A stretch of 64,000 nucleotides of DNA from Phoronis australis (Eukaryota; Animalia; Phoronida), in the NCBI GenBank assembly GCA_002633005.1, contig NMRA01000867.1, positions 49,661-113,660 on the forward strand. Direction: 5' to 3'. Both the position numbers and the translations under genes were made by a program. This document shows positions 1 through 13,481 of this stretch, piece after piece (the first letter of the stretch is position 1; the number at the start of each line of letters is the position of its first letter). The notes under the pieces are model-generated. The model saw nothing but the letters and a program-made list of their open reading frames with translations, was not told the DNA's origin and searched no databases.

Positions 1-389
1 TAGACAATGATCACCATCTCTATAGCTGGCCCAGTAGAGATGGTGGAGCTCCTACATGAAGCTTTTCGGAAGGTGGCATGATGTCATATCCACTGGCACG
101 TGCAGTGTAAAAATGGCGAGTAACCGATTTTGGGAACTGAACGAGGGATTTCTCAAAGAAAAAGTTTGATAGGAGTATATTTATTCGAGTTGAAAGGAAT
201 TAAATGCGTCGACGGCCTCCTAAAATGTCCCTCTATGTGCAAAAGGTATTTATAACAACATGACTTTAACGTTTTAGTCAGTGTGAGGCATAATTTGCCA
301 AAAAAGCTTCCGGCGGATGAAGCTCCTATAGGAGCTCCACCATCTCAGTACTGGGCCACCTAGTAGTGATGGTCGGAGATCACTGTCTA
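1..389. mobile_element. MITE-like inverted-repeat element in intron 1 of the GH3 gene
   Basis: 1-70 (TAGACAATGATC...TGGCCCAGTAGAGATGGTGGAGCTCCTA) matches the reverse complement of ~305-389 (TAGGAGCTCCACCATCTCAGTACTGGGCCA...GATCACTGTCTA). Confidence 0.65.
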
Positions 390-398
390 TTTGCCTAC

Positions 399-721
399 CT
401 AAAGGATGCTGCGAGCCCAATAGCTTGTGGGAAGGATGTGGCATTTCCCGGTGCCTGGGCATCACCTCTCAAACACTCTGTATCCCATTGGTAGAGACCT
501 ACCCCAAGACGCTCAATACTTGGAGCTGGGCCTAGTCCTGCTCCACCATGACTTAGCTGACCAATCTGCTCATCGAGTGAAAGAAGATCCAGCAAATTGT
601 TAACTCGAATTTCCCAATCAAGAGATGTGTTTTGAAACGGATACAAACACCAACACGGCTTAGCAAACAACATTGAAACCAATAAAATGAGATACAAATC
701 GTCCCTTGGTTTCATTGTCAT
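399..721 (-). CDS. Exon 1 of a glycoside hydrolase family 3 (beta-D-xylosidase-like) gene; the gene continues off the left edge
   Basis: Signal peptide, then YPFQNTSLDWEIRVNNLLDLLSLDEQIGQL...PSIERLGV..YQWDTECLRG...ATSFPQAIGLAASF, the typical GH3 xylosidase N-terminus. It ends at a splice donor AG|GTAGGC (399/398). Confidence 0.9.
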
Positions 722-803
722 CCGACTGGAAAATAGACATCTACTTTGGCCTAAAAACTCGAGTAATATCAGAGCCTACTGTTTGCAAACAGACCCCAGG
801 TTA

Positions 804-930
804 ACCGGAAACCACATGAAAGTCATGTGACTGATTTTCCTGGCATCGTCTGGTAGTGCATGAGCAAGAGTTCACTGTTAGTAGAGACCACATGAACACA
901 AGTTCCGACGTATTCTGGCTCTTGATTGGT
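804..930 (-). promoter_or_regulatory. Putative GH3 proximal promoter with M-box/CLEAR-like, ETS-like and CCAAT motifs
   Basis: GTCATGTGAC at 822-831, CACATG at ~813 and ~889, ACCGGAAA at ~804 and ATTGG at ~925, all within ~210 bp upstream of the ATG. Confidence 0.35.
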
Positions 931-1236
931 CATAAAAATGATGTCCAATAATTTAGCAACAAAGTCTGACTATCCTATCGTTTCCGTCACGACGATAATA
1001 ATCTATTGATTTTAATTTCATACCTGTACGGTAACTGTGAGTCTATGCTGCAACGGTACGCCAGTATACTGGAGTCCCGGCCAGTCAAATAAAATTAAAA
1101 CAACAAAATTGAAAATAATAATTAGACCAGATTCACATTACAAATCAATGACAGGTTTTAAGAACACTGATCGTTCGATGGCCGACTAGTACAAAATTCC
1201 CCTCAAGCCCGCTATTCCTCGTCCTCTCAGGGATTT

Positions 1237-1656
1237 GGGCCCGGTCTCAGCTAATCTTTGTACTCGAAACGAACTTATTTTTGGCATTTTTTCTGCTCCT
1301 TTCATGTGCGAACTCATGCAAGATAAGTGCCGGGTCGGTTATCAGACCCCGTGCTCGAATACATTATGTAGTCTGTACCTATGAGTTTCTAGATTGCACT
1401 TGAAGACTCTCATTCGTGCTACGTCAAACTCGAGGAAAAAACTCGAAATTTCGAGTTCAAACTCGAACTTTTACTGGCCTTAATGTTGGGTTTATCAACT
1501 GCAAGAATTGGACTCAAATTATCCATGTAGGCCTAGGTCATATTGTACTCAGAATAATAGACACTTATAATGAGTTCCCATAAAAGTAGAGTATGAGAAA
1601 ATGCCAAACACTATTCGAGAACCATTTCGAGTAAAAAGATTTGAGAAACCGGGCCC
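1237..1656. mobile_element. Harbinger-like MITE; related copies at ~5373-5600, ~15510-15960 and ~23788-23940
   Basis: Terminal inverted repeats GGGCCCGGTCTCAGCTAATCTTTGTACTCGAAA / TTTCGAGTAAAAAGATTTGAGAAACCGGGCCC. The internal sequence recurs elsewhere in the window. Confidence 0.7.
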
Positions 1657-4600
1657 TGAAGTCCCGCCAATCTAGCACCAGGTGCTTTTCGGTGTTCTGT
1701 AGTATCCCCACCGTGTAATCATTTGCTCAGTCTCAACAAGACACATTGCAATATTTTCAATCCATCAGATAATTAGGTATTCTCAGAACTGATTTGTGTT
1801 TCTTCGGCGGGTAGCCTAGGTTGTATCAGGGGCGTTGATACTGTCCTGTCTCCCAGTTCAGTGAAGATTTCGCAGCTTGTTGATCCATCTGTTTTTACGA
1901 TTATTTTCATGGTGTAAAATGTGAGTATTATCCCAGTCAAAAACATGGTGTAAAGTTATAACACAGTGATCAGTGAAGGTATAGGGCCTACTCCGGCGTT
2001 GTTGGGATCGGCACAATCTTGGTAACACATCAAAGGTCTTGGAGCCGGGCCGTGGAAAATGTTATAGACATTGGTCTTGATAGCTTATTAAATTGTCAAG
2101 AGCATGCCTGCTTCGAATGCAATAGGTTGCATTTTCGATTCCCTCGTTTACATTTGATTCATAATCAATGGTGCCTTGAAAAACAGTCTGGTTTCACAAT
2201 CAATTTTATCTTCTGACTCATCCTGCAGACGCATGTCCAATGCACGTTATGACATTGGAACACTTCGCCACAGAACGCATTCAACGAAGAGTTGGCCGAA
2301 AACATAAGCTTATTGTTGAGAAGTTAGAGGAGAGGAAATTAGCAAGTAAGACACTGGTACAAAGATGAAGAAAACCAAGATGACTAGTGGATAACTGAAA
2401 ATAAGTAGCTTTTTAAATCAGATTTCGTAGAGTCGTGTGACGAAGACAGTGACCAGGAAGACAGTTACCGGGAAGACAGTGATCAAGATGACAGTAGTGA
2501 TTGATATACAAATAATAAATGTCAGCTGGAAATTTGGACAAAACCTGATGCTTTAGCAAGGGTTTTGATAAAGTTTCCAATGAGTTTAAGAAAAAGTTAA
2601 ACGGTCTAAAAATATATTTTAACAACTGGCATTAAAACACTTAAGATATTCATATTGTTATATTTTTGTCAATAGTTTATGCATTTCCAGTTTCTTTCAA
2701 AAGTTGTAAGAATCATAATTGGTATGTCACAACTTTTTAATTTTCACCCAACAATATTTACTTAATTGTTGAAGGCCCCCCTCTCATATTCTGCAAAATT
2801 TACATGGTCTTCCCTTAAATAACGTTCGAGATATGAATGCCCCCAAGGGTTTTCCGCGGGTTCTCACGCCCACAAATTCTGACCGGTCCCTAATGTTCTT
2901 CATTGCACAGTTGGAAATTCTCAAAAGTTAAGTGGAGCGCTTGGAAGAGCAGTGAGCGCTTGTTATGAAACACTTCGAAGGTAAGGAGTAGGTGCATGCG
3001 TCACGAGCATAGTCGTTAACCTGGGTGTTTGCTGTAATAAGATATTGAAAGACTGCAATGGTAAAAAATAGAATAAGATTTTGCAAGAATGAAAGCAAAT
3101 ACCATTCAAATGAATAACAAAAAATTTTAGATTCCTTTGTAAGCATAGCAATACAATACAATAGAAATATCAAGATGGAGGAAACAGCATTTCTATTTAT
3201 GTGGAAGTTTATGTAATTATGATAATATTTAATTGTAATTAACTGAGACTCTGCCAGGGCTAAGACTAGTATGAAAGCAGCCCACTGAATTCAATTGAAT
3301 GGCATTTTTCACATGGTTTTGTAAGTATTACAGAATCAATGAAATAAATATAACACTAATTTACATAATATTTTAGCATAATATTTTATAATATCTTACG
3401 TAATATTTAAATAATAGTCTTTGCTGCTGAAAGACGCCGAATAAAATAAATATTAATAATAAATATTATTCACTCCATGAACACTAAAATAAGAGTAATA
3501 ACAAATAAGAGCATGTCGATCAATATTATTTTTTATTCTAACTTTGTAACACATCACTTCAAGACATTACAATCAATGTAATTTTAACACACAATTAATA
3601 AATTGTATGAAAACAACATTCTATGTGTAAAATACATCGTACAATGCATGTCAATACATAAAATAGTACAGATACCTCAGCCATGAGACGTAGCACTTCT
3701 ACAGTAGGCCTAGGAAAAACTGCAATATAAGTAACAATAAATTTGATTTTGCCAACATACCAGTAGTTGTCAGGGATAATGCATGTGGTTCGAGGGAACA
3801 CACAACCCCAACTGGTGCAACGAAAATGTTACCAAGAAAAGTTTTCTACGTATACTGCATATAAGTAGTCTACTTCAGACTAATCAATAAATGTTATATG
3901 ACGATTGACCATTCCACATGAAGTCAATGACAAATCCCTGGGCTTTAACCTCAAACTATATCTCAAGATAACTATAAAATCTACCATATAAAGTCTAAGC
4001 CAGGGGCCACGAAGTCCATTCTACGAAGGAACGCGGTATCAGAAACTTTACAATACCAGGTCAGCAAAACAGTCGTAATCCTGGCGGCAGGTCAACAGCT
4101 AGTCTCCTGCACAGACCCTCGAGGTTGTTTGGGTTATCCGTGACGTCATCTTGTGAGGCCTGGGAACCAGGTTAGTCAACAGCAAAGTACAACTCAAAGG
4201 CGAACCAGAGTTTGGTGGGGTCAAGGACCTAGGTGAGCCAGATAGCCTACAGAAGCTCGGTCAGTTCGATCTCCTTAAAACATTGTAGTCTCCCGAAGTG
4301 GCTCGATAAAGTCTAAAAAGACCAAGATAAGATTGCATAAGGGAGTGCGTGATTAGACGGCTAGATCTCTGACTTCGTGGTAAGTTGAGATACTGTGTTG
4401 AGAGCCGGTTTTCCATTATTAGTTTAGCTGCCAGAACCTTGACCCCGAAATGTTGTTTACTGTTAAGATTTCTTTTGGAAATGTCTGTATAATTTAAGAC
4501 GGCGTGAATTTTGCCCTTCAGAGCAGTGATGGCATATAAGACATGCTCCATTTTCAGCGTTTTCTAGGAGTCCATTTCTGATGTTATGCATGTAGGATCA

Positions 4601-6178
4601 AACTCAAAGCCAAACCTGAAGTCAAATGCGTCGGTAAACCGTAGAGATAATCCTTAAAATGTCACGCCTGACAGTCTAATCTTCACTACACAGATAGTGC
4701 CTCACGATCTAGCACTCCACTACGCCTTAGAAATGGTGATTTCCTTATGAAAGATATACTATTCTTGGGAATATTGACAATATTGCAATTGTAACATTGT
4801 CGGGTATTGTTCACAAACCGTAGTCTTCATCAAGCTTGGCAATTCAAACGTTCATTTCACCGGCAGTTACTCCTTTTGTACCGCATTGTATGTAGAGTCT
4901 TAAGTCCCATGGACGTTTAGGAACTGCGCTGATTATGTAAAACATAGCCGCATGTGCCAATGTGTGAATCACGTGGGTAAAAGGTGCGAAAAAGGTATTA
5001 TTTCGGATAACTGTTGTTCATGACAAGTCAATTTTTAAAAAGAAAACGGCCGCGCCTATATGCGAATCAATGTATAGGCCTATGCAGGGGACATTACCTG
5101 GGCTTATATGCGAAACTTAAGTGCATGCGCCAATATGTGAACCACTTGGGTAAAAGAGGCGGAGAAGAAAGGCATGATTTGGGATATAGGCCCATATGCC
5201 TAAAGGCGCAGCAAGAAGGTTTTTTAATTCTCAAATGTGTGGTTGTTTGATGCTTTGGTATTTTTGTGAAAATGTGTGATTTTATTGGGCAATGGGGTAC
5301 TCATTTGTTTATCGTTTTAAGCTAATTTATCTTTGTTCTGCACATCGATGCCAGTATTGTTCTCTGGACCTGTGGGCCTATTCTTTGTACTCGAAATCGA
5401 GTTCGAAAATATTTTTGGCATATCATATTCTACTTTAATATGACGTCAAGATAAGTATTCAGTTTTCTGGTTTATGGTGACAAGTGTCTAATCCAAGTTT
5501 GCAGTTGACGACTACTAGATTCGATCTACGAACTCAGTCGAGTAAAAACCGGAGATTTCGAGTAAAAACTGAAAAGAACGAGTTCAAGCTCGAAGTCATC
5601 CGTCCCTGGATTGCTTCAAATTACATTCCTGCGCTAAGACAAGAGATTAGATTGTGGACTCGATTGTTTCGGAGGATGGGGCATTTGCAAGAGATTTTGG
5701 CTGCTAACTAAGTAAAGTTACGCGACCCATGATTGGTTAAACTGCTGAAAGTATTTTAGTTCAACCAATCATTTAACGCGGCTGCACGTCGTCCTGTTCA
5801 CTTACCTTAAAACGAAAACGAATTAGGCCTTTCATTCTCATAAAATGGGTCTTGTAGTATTCATTAAAGTTATAGAATTCTGTTTCAGTAACCAACGAGA
5901 ACATATACACCATCAGCGATTCAAGAAAAAGCTTCGGATTTTATTTGCGTTGACCAACCCTAAAATAGTCAATTCGTCGAACATGGCCCCTTTTACCTGA
6001 GTTGGCTACGGACATAGAGCCTGACGGACTCCCATCACAGTGAGAAATATTGAGAGACCAATTTGATTAGAGTAAAGGGCTAATTCAATTATAGTCTGTC
6101 AGCCACCGAAACAGGGCGAATTGATGCTTTAAATACATAAATGGGATAATTTGCATTTTCTCAGCATACTAGACTCCA

Positions 6179-6604
6179 GTGCCCAGTTGCATGAAACAGT
6201 CCCAAATAGTTCCCTACATCTACCGTGTATTTCTATCATTCTTTACTCACAGATGTGTTATTTTTCTATTAGTTCTTCTTTATGAAAAGCTCATTTTTGA
6301 CCAATGATATTTTCTAATAATCCTAAAAACTAAGTCCAGATTGCAGTGAAAGTAAATTACAGGGACTGAGTCCTTAAATTAGTGGCATTGCAAGAAAAGA
6401 TCCCTACTTGTTTTCGATAATATTGAGATTTTAACGTACAGTTCACTCTCGATTTGTATCAAAGCCAAAAATTGAATTAGTAACGAAGCTAAGACAGTAA
6501 AAGAAATGACAATTAGCTTTTTCAAAAGTCCACAAAGACCCCGGTACGCAGTAAACTTAGGGAACGTATTAGTTGAGTCCCTATTTGGGATTGCAACCGG
6601 GCAC
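6179..6604. mobile_element. Harbinger-like MITE
   Basis: TIRs GTGCCCAGTTGCA...TCCCAAATAG / CTATTTGGGATTGCAACCGGGCAC. Confidence 0.6.
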
Positions 6605-6619
6605 ATATCCCTAAGGTTG

Positions 6620-7515
6620 TTATTTTTTAAAGAATTTATTATCATTTATAAAGCAGTACAAAAACAAACAAACAAATAAGTACATCCATTCATTCACGCA
6701 TGCACACCTCAGGATAGATCATTCTCGTATATCGTATAAAGTAAACAACTTCTACATGGATTTAACGTGAACAATGAAATTTTCCCATTTCGCAGAGAAG
6801 CTGTCATATACAAAGTTTTTGTATGCAATTAATTTTTCAGCTTTGTAGTACTCATAAGTATATATAATAAACCTGTGAAAATTAGGTATATTTTTGTGAC
6901 ATCTCTCCTTGTAAATGTACTGTTTGGCTATTAGAAACAACATGTTAAAAAGAAAATCATGCGTCTCATAAACTTCAAGAATAACTCGTTCGTAAGAGAG
7001 ATTGTTGGGAAGCTGAAGGCCACATTTTTGCACTAGCAGTCCGAATTTCTTCCAGAAATCTTGTACAATGCGACATTCCCAAAAGGGTGTGACAGCGTCT
7101 CTGGAGCTTTATTACAAAAGGAACATAAAAAATTAGAATCCGGAACACGGATTTTTACTAAAGGTATTTGTTGCAATAATCCTGTGTAGTATTCTAAATT
7201 GGAACCATCTAGTGTTGGGATCCTTTGTAATTTCATAAGGCAATGAGTATATTTTTTTCCAATCTAAACTATCTCCTAACTCTATTTCCCATTTACACTG
7301 TGACTTAGAAGGTTTCTTAACGTCATTAAAGACTGAACAAATATGTCTACAACCCTTCAAATCTTTCCCTAAGTGAGCGATTGCTAAAGGCATGCAAGGA
7401 GCGTAGACATTAACACTTTTAAATTTACTTTGAAATAGACTTTTTTGAAACCTTCTTAGAAAGGAAACAACACCATTACATTCTACAAAGTTGGTTTTTA
7501 CATCGAACTTATTTT
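6620..7515 (-). mobile_element. 5'-truncated L1/Tx1-clade non-LTR retrotransposon (ORF2 C-terminus with zf-RVT, frameshifted)
   Basis: Three overlapping minus-strand ORFs give KWEIELGDSLDWKKIY...RWFQFRILHRIIATN...CSFCNKAPETLSH...FNMLFLIAKQYIYKERC, the ORF2 zinc-binding C-terminus. Absent from unit B. Confidence 0.85.
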
Positions 7516-8424
7516 TGGTGACTGACATCAGTTTTGATGAGTTGTTCCACGTTGTCGTGTTAGAATCTGAATGCAATGCCTACTATTCAAGACAAAATAA
7601 GACATGGTTGGGACTAGCTAATACCTCCTTTGGCCCGAGTTGAGCAATCGTAATACGTCAAAAAGAATTTTATGTGATAATGACCTCGGGGAGGTCCTAG
7701 TGTTAAATACCGTTTTAGACTAGGGTTGCTTGGAGAAACTATGGTGGGAGCGTGAATAGTGAGTATGGAAGTGAGAGCGAAGTGCAAATGAGCAGATAAA
7801 GTTTCCCCGGCCGTAGCACAGTTTTTTGTTTTCTAATAGTCGATCCTTGAAAGGGCCTGAAGACATAGAAGTGGTAGTAGTTGCGGACTTGTTCTTAACG
7901 TTTACATGTCATTACTCCGAAGGTTCACTACTCCGAAGGTTAACTATTGCGAAGTTCACTACACAGCGAATGGCTGCTGAGGCTGAACGGACATGAATAC
8001 AGTATTAAACAAGTCCATTGTAACCATTTCAAGGGTGTTCTTAAACCATTGATTGCATAATGTACAAATGAGGTGCAGTTCAATTTAAAAACTAACAATC
8101 GTGATTCTTGAATGTAAAACGGCCCAGTCTTAAACAGGAATAAAATCTGGGCACCAGGATTTATTTGAGTGCTGTTACGACCAAAGAGTGGCTTTAAATT
8201 TGAGACTACTGGAAGGGTCTCTCAGACTTGCAAGACTGGCCTGGACAGAGTAACCTACTACAACTTATTTCGACCCGTTCCAGTGGGGTGGGTGGGATAT
8301 GAGGTTGAAGCGCAGCGGATAAAATTTTCTGCAGTGCAATGAAATGGTATGATTGGGACCTGGATTTGATGAATATATCATGGTTGATAGTTTATCAATA
8401 TATTCTTACGGCATAATCTTTTAA

Positions 8425-9042
8425 GGTGGCATAGAACGCGAAAACAGACTAAATTATATTATTCAAAGTGGGTCTCTGCCACTGAAACAGAAGTCGAATT
8501 GTGTAACAGGTATTTAGAATTTCTGTGGATGTCAAAGCAGTTTCCTTTAATTTCAAATTTCAAAAATCGATCCGTCAACTCAGTGCTCGTCATTTAGTCG
8601 ATTTTTCTTCCACACAACAAACCAAATGAAGGCATCCTTATATATATATGGCAAGACGTAACCGTAGCCAAGAGGTTTTGCCAACGTCGTAAACCCGAGA
8701 CTCATGTAGGATTCTCTATGTAAATTACTTATATATAGTAATATTGTAACTCATATATACATTATAACGTCTTACAGAAAATGGCACTGAGCTCTTGTAT
8801 CAAATGAGCGTAATTTCAAGCAGCAACCATGCTGTCCGACTTTTATGAGCGCATGCACACATTACATGTTACGAGGGTCGGAGAATTTGAAAACTAGTTA
8901 TATTTTGTCTGTGTTTCAAAAATCGTGAATACGGCGATTTTTTCTAGAAATTCTTGCAATGTTCAAAGTGAATAACTCTCACATAAATTCGCCATGATCT
9001 GTTTAAAAGGTATTTTTAAGAGGCTTCCCGTTCCATGCCTTT
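8425..9042. mobile_element. Possible TTAA-flanked (Kolobok-type) non-autonomous element with an internal fragment of another MITE
   Basis: TTAA-GGTGGCATAGAACG ... CGTTCCATGCCTT-TTAA. The internal 8690-8720 GTAGGATTCTCTA matches the end of the 41609 element. Confidence 0.4.
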
Positions 9043-9785
9043 TTAAAAGTAAAAATACGAACTCTTTTTCCTTATTCGTAAGACATGCTTTAAAGCCCAA
9101 TTTCTCATACACAGGAAACCCAAATAGAGTATATTACTTACCCAGGTCTTGTTTTCAGTACATACACCAACCACTGCATCTAATATCTAACAGACGTGAC
9201 GTGCTTTTTCACATATACCAATAAAAATTTACATCTGAATAACCTTCAGAGTAGTTGACCATCCGACCAGCGAACCTTTAGAGTAGTAAGCTATTCTCAT
9301 AAGTTCTGTCAATAAGACTTCACAATACCGAATGGCTCATTAAAAACCATTGTGTCTTTTTATGTTTAGGCGCCAATGATCGCTATGGCAACTCCCAAAT
9401 TCGTTGAGGTTGTACAAGACTTTCGGAACTAAGGTATGGCTCTCATAATCAACAGATATTGAACATTCTAGTTCTTGTGTGAAATTGATACGTGTCTAAG
9501 TAAAATAAACGTGTTTTTATAGCTTACCTTGACCTTAGGACAGTTTTGTTTATTCGTGTGAATGGCAACTTTATATGCTTCAATGATGAAAAAAGGTTTT
9601 TTCTCTTTGATTTTATTTGACAACTTGGGAGATTTGCAATTGGTTACCAGGATCTGCTTGTTGATTTTAGTGAAAACGGGTAAATGAATCCATATAAATT
9701 GTGTTATTGTAGTGTTAAATGTGTTTGGTCTCTAACGTGTCTGAAGACACCGAATCTGAATGAAAATTATAGAAGACATAAATAA

Positions 9786-10108
9786 AGTTATTGTTATTAT
9801 TATTATTATTATTATTAGTAGTAGTAGTAGTATTAGTATTAGTATTAGTATTAGTATTATTATTATTAGTATTAGTATTATTATTATTATTATTATTATT
9901 AGTAGTAGTAGTAGTATTAGTATTATTATTATTATTATTATTAGTATTAGTATTAGTATTAGTATTAGTATTATCATTATTATTATTATTATTAGTAGTA
10001 GTAGTAGTATCAGTATTAGTATTAGTATTATTATTATTAGTAGTATTAGTATTATTAATATTATTATTATTATTATTATTAATGTTATTGTTACGGTTGT
10101 TATTATTA
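9786..10108. repeat. Compound microsatellite (ATT)n/(AGT)n/(AGTATT)n
   Basis: Directly visible. It produces the spurious poly-N/T/I/L/V ORFs. Confidence 0.97.
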
Positions 10109-10309
10109 AAGGTATTCAATTTGTTCAACTGGACTATGGTACTTATAAAAAATTCATAAGCACTCGGTAGCTAGACGCTCCGTTCCTGAGGAATCGTGGA
10201 ATGATTAGCATGGCAGGACTGCTGCAGCTTCTGGCTATGCATGCTCTCCTGAGATACGGTCGATTGTAACGTTCCAAGCTATAGAAAAAGCAAATCTGCC
10301 TCCCGGTCA

Positions 10310-10620
10310 ATTAATCAACGGATTAAATGCCTTAATGAAGATGACCGTGACGCCTCTTTCAAACCAGCTCTTGTCCATGCTGAAAATTTCAGCACTGTCG
10401 TTATCGAACTTGTGACCATACACATTCGAGATTCTAAGCACCGACGAGGAAATGCCCTCTGTTGCGTTCCTCCGGTGTTGGTACAACCATTTCCGTAGGG
10501 GTTGTTGAGTTCCCATACATACTCCTCGGTACAATCGTCACTTTCACAACGGAGACTATAAACTATTGCAATGATGTTATATTTGATAGGTTTACCCTTG
10601 AGATGCACTAACAGTGATGC
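10310..10620 (-). mobile_element. Penelope-like element GIY-YIG endonuclease remnant
   Basis: Frameshifted IVYSLRCESDDCTEEYV(G)..QQPLRKWLYQHRR...GHKFDNDSAEI...WFERGV..IFIKAFNPLIN, the characteristic PLE GIY-YIG C-terminus. Confidence 0.8.
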
Positions 10621-10948
10621 AAAATACTAATCATTCCACCATTACTCAATGAAGAGAGCGGCCGGGACGCTTCCGAGGGCTTAACGATTTTTAGTAAGCA
10701 GCATGGTCTAGTTGAACAGATTTAATTTCTTTGACTATGAACTTTCCTGGAATGTTAAAGATTTTCAATTCAAGATTTCAAGACTCTTCTTTTTCTTCTT
10801 TTACTGATCCCTTTTTGTTGTCCTTCTCCTTCTTCTTATTGTTATTATTGTTAGTATCATTTTCATCATCATCATTATAATTAATATTAATTATCATTAT
10901 TGTTATTAATATCGTTATTGTTATTATCATTGTTATTAATATAGAATA

Positions 10949-11180
10949 ATGACCAAAGAGAAGGATGCCTGTGAAGACGACAGGGAAGAATTAGATTCCT
11001 CGGCTGCTGACAGAACACAGTTCCGGCACCCCGATGGAGGTTATGGATGGCTAGTTTGTCTGGCCTCTTTCTGGTGCAACGGTACCATTTTGGGAATGGT
11101 CAACACATTTGGGGTCATCTATCCTGATCTCCTGGACGCGTATGGTGGGACAAATGACAAAGACATTGCATTTAAGACAT
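10949..11180 (+). CDS. SLC16A10: MCT10/MCT8-like monocarboxylate/aromatic amino acid transporter, copy A, exon 1
   Basis: MCT signature HPDGGYGWLVCLASFWCNG; donor T|GTGCGT (phase 1). Confidence 0.9.
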
Positions 11181-11829
11181 GTGCGTATTTCTGCCACCAG
11201 TTTGACATTAATTAAAGGTGTATATATTCCTCTATGGCCCATAAAACATGAAAATCATGATAGTCTGATAAAGGCTAACAAACAGACCGGGTCTCAAGAT
11301 TTGTCATGTCCTGATATTAATTGGATTCTATAATCAAACGGAACAAAGAAACCACTCCCAGATTTGGAAGGTTGTGGCAACCCTGTCAACATCGATTGTT
11401 TTGGAATCTTTTTTACTTTCTGAAGATGTGAATCACGAATTTGTTTGGGGATTAGAAAAAATTATTTTTATCATGGCATGGACAGGTTTGAAACATTGTT
11501 GTAGCCGATTTAAGGTTAAAAGGGAAACATACCGATTTGCATTGCAGATTGCATGCGAGTATCAGGAAAGAAATGTTTCTGAGGCTAATTTTCACTTTCA
11601 TTTCACCTTTGTTTAAAACAGTCTGCACAGATAAGGAAATTTTTAATGGTATGTGTATTGTATCATCCGCCGAATGTTATATCTTAATGGCAGGCGTCTT
11701 TCCGTCCGACGGTCCGTGGGTGTGGGTGTTCGTGTATATTCAAGTGAGATTTGGAACAAACTTTTAAAAAGCTTGCTTACGAAGTGCACAATAAGGTTTG
11801 ACTTAGCTTACTTTTCTTCTTAATTTCCA

Positions 11830-12210
11830 TGCACCGTGTATAAAAATGCTCTTCTGTGCGTAACTCTTCCGTCATTTCAAAGGGGATTTCAAACAAATCT
11901 TCAAAAAATGTAATCAATTGCCGTAGCGCATATTGCCAGTACTCTGGGATTTAAACCTATTTTTCGGACTTGGCCCATTCTTGATTTTCACTCTTCCGCC
12001 GTGTAGGGAAATGCTCCTCTGCGCGAAGCTCCTGCGTTTCAAAGGCAATTTCGGCCAAATTTCAAAAAAAATTACTTGCTAAGTGCTGAAATTTCACTTT
12101 TCACCGGAATATTGTTCCATACTTGAATTTCAATCATCCCTGCACTAAAATGCTCTTCTCTGCGTAACTGCTTCATTTCAAAGGGTATTTTGAACAAAAT
12201 TTTGAAAAGT
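11830..12210. repeat. Degenerate tandem repeat in MCT intron 1 (more units in copy B, 26800-27310)
   Basis: Recurring AAATGCTCTTCTGCGCGTAAC...ATTTCAAAGGG units. Confidence 0.6.
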
Positions 12211-12882
12211 ATGCTTCCAAAGTGCTGTGAAATATATAGTTGACATTTTGCGATTTCACCGTATTGGGGCAGATTTGAAGGTGCCTTTGAGTTGGTTATG
12301 ACATCTTCCAACTAGCTCTAAATTACTAAAAGCACATTTATACAAGGGGTCGAGTAAATAATGGTAAAAATAAACTCCAAGACATCCTGACAACACTTAC
12401 TGAGAGACCTCCGTTTCTTCCACAAGAATCCGTTGCCACTCGCTATCGTCAATCTGGTAGGGGCGACAATTTACATGTATGCCACAGCTAACTAACCGGC
12501 CATAACTTGTCACCTGGGCGACAATGTATACCGATGGCGAACAGTTCATGTCGTAACATTCTGAAAACCGTAGACTCTAGAAAATTCATATCCAGCAGAA
12601 AACGCAAACTCTTCTTTATACTGATGTGTAAATCAAACCGTTCAGTCTGAGGTACTAAATGTTCGTTTTTACGCCGAAGTGCATGTCTCCGTGACGAATC
12701 TTTTTACGAGTAGAGACTTATGGGAAGTATTGAAAACTTTTCAGCTTGTAAAATGTGTTGAGGCGGTTGGCGAGGGTGGTCAATTTTCTGTGGTTTGGAT
12801 AACAAACTAATGAGTGAAGAGCCCTAAAGACATTCCCCGATTTCCCTATCTCTAACCTGTTAATATTTTTAATTACTTCTAG

Positions 12883-13481
12883 CATGGGTGGGTTCTTTGT
12901 CAGTTGGAATCATCTTTTTATTCTCACCTGTGGCAAGCATCCTTGTGGACAAGTTTGGAATCCGACCAGTCGCGTTCATCGGTGCTATCCTCAACACCGT
13001 CGGACTTCTTGCCAGTTCATTCGTCAACCACCTGGGTCTTTTGTATCTAACGTATGGAATCCTTCGTGGAGTTGGCACATCACTGATATACGTGCCCTCA
13101 TTGGTAATTTTAGGGCACTACTTTCGAAAGAGACTGGGTGTCGTTAACGGTATTGTCACCGCTGGCAGTTCTGTGTTCACGGTTACCCTACCGTTTATCT
13201 TAAAGTCTTCGTTAACAAACATAGGACTGGGACACACACTACAAGTCTTGGCTGGCATCAACGCACTGCTGGTTGTATGCACACTCACATTTAAGCCCCT
13301 GATAAACCACGGTCGGGATCGTGCTACGCAACCTGGCAAGCGACCTACAGAGCCTCTCAGTCTTCGACGATGTCTCAAGAACTCGTTTAACACCCAAATA
13401 TGGAAAAACAAGAGTTACGTCATCTGGGTAGTGTCTATGATCATAGCAGTGATAGGCGACTACTTCTTGTTTGTTCATTTG
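12883..13481 (+). CDS. SLC16A10: MCT copy A, exon 2
   Basis: Acceptor TTACTTCTAG|CA; SWVGSLSVGIIFLFSPVAS...GHYFRKRLGVVNGIVTAGSSVF...FVHL; donor TTG|GTGAGT. Confidence 0.92.

Noticed and set aside
4261-4551. 96 aa minus-strand ORF
   Set aside because: No recognisable domain or splice context.
9715-10170. Four ORFs of poly-Asn/Thr/Ile/Leu/Val
   Set aside because: They are translations of a trinucleotide/hexanucleotide microsatellite, which is only ~50 bp at the paralogous site.
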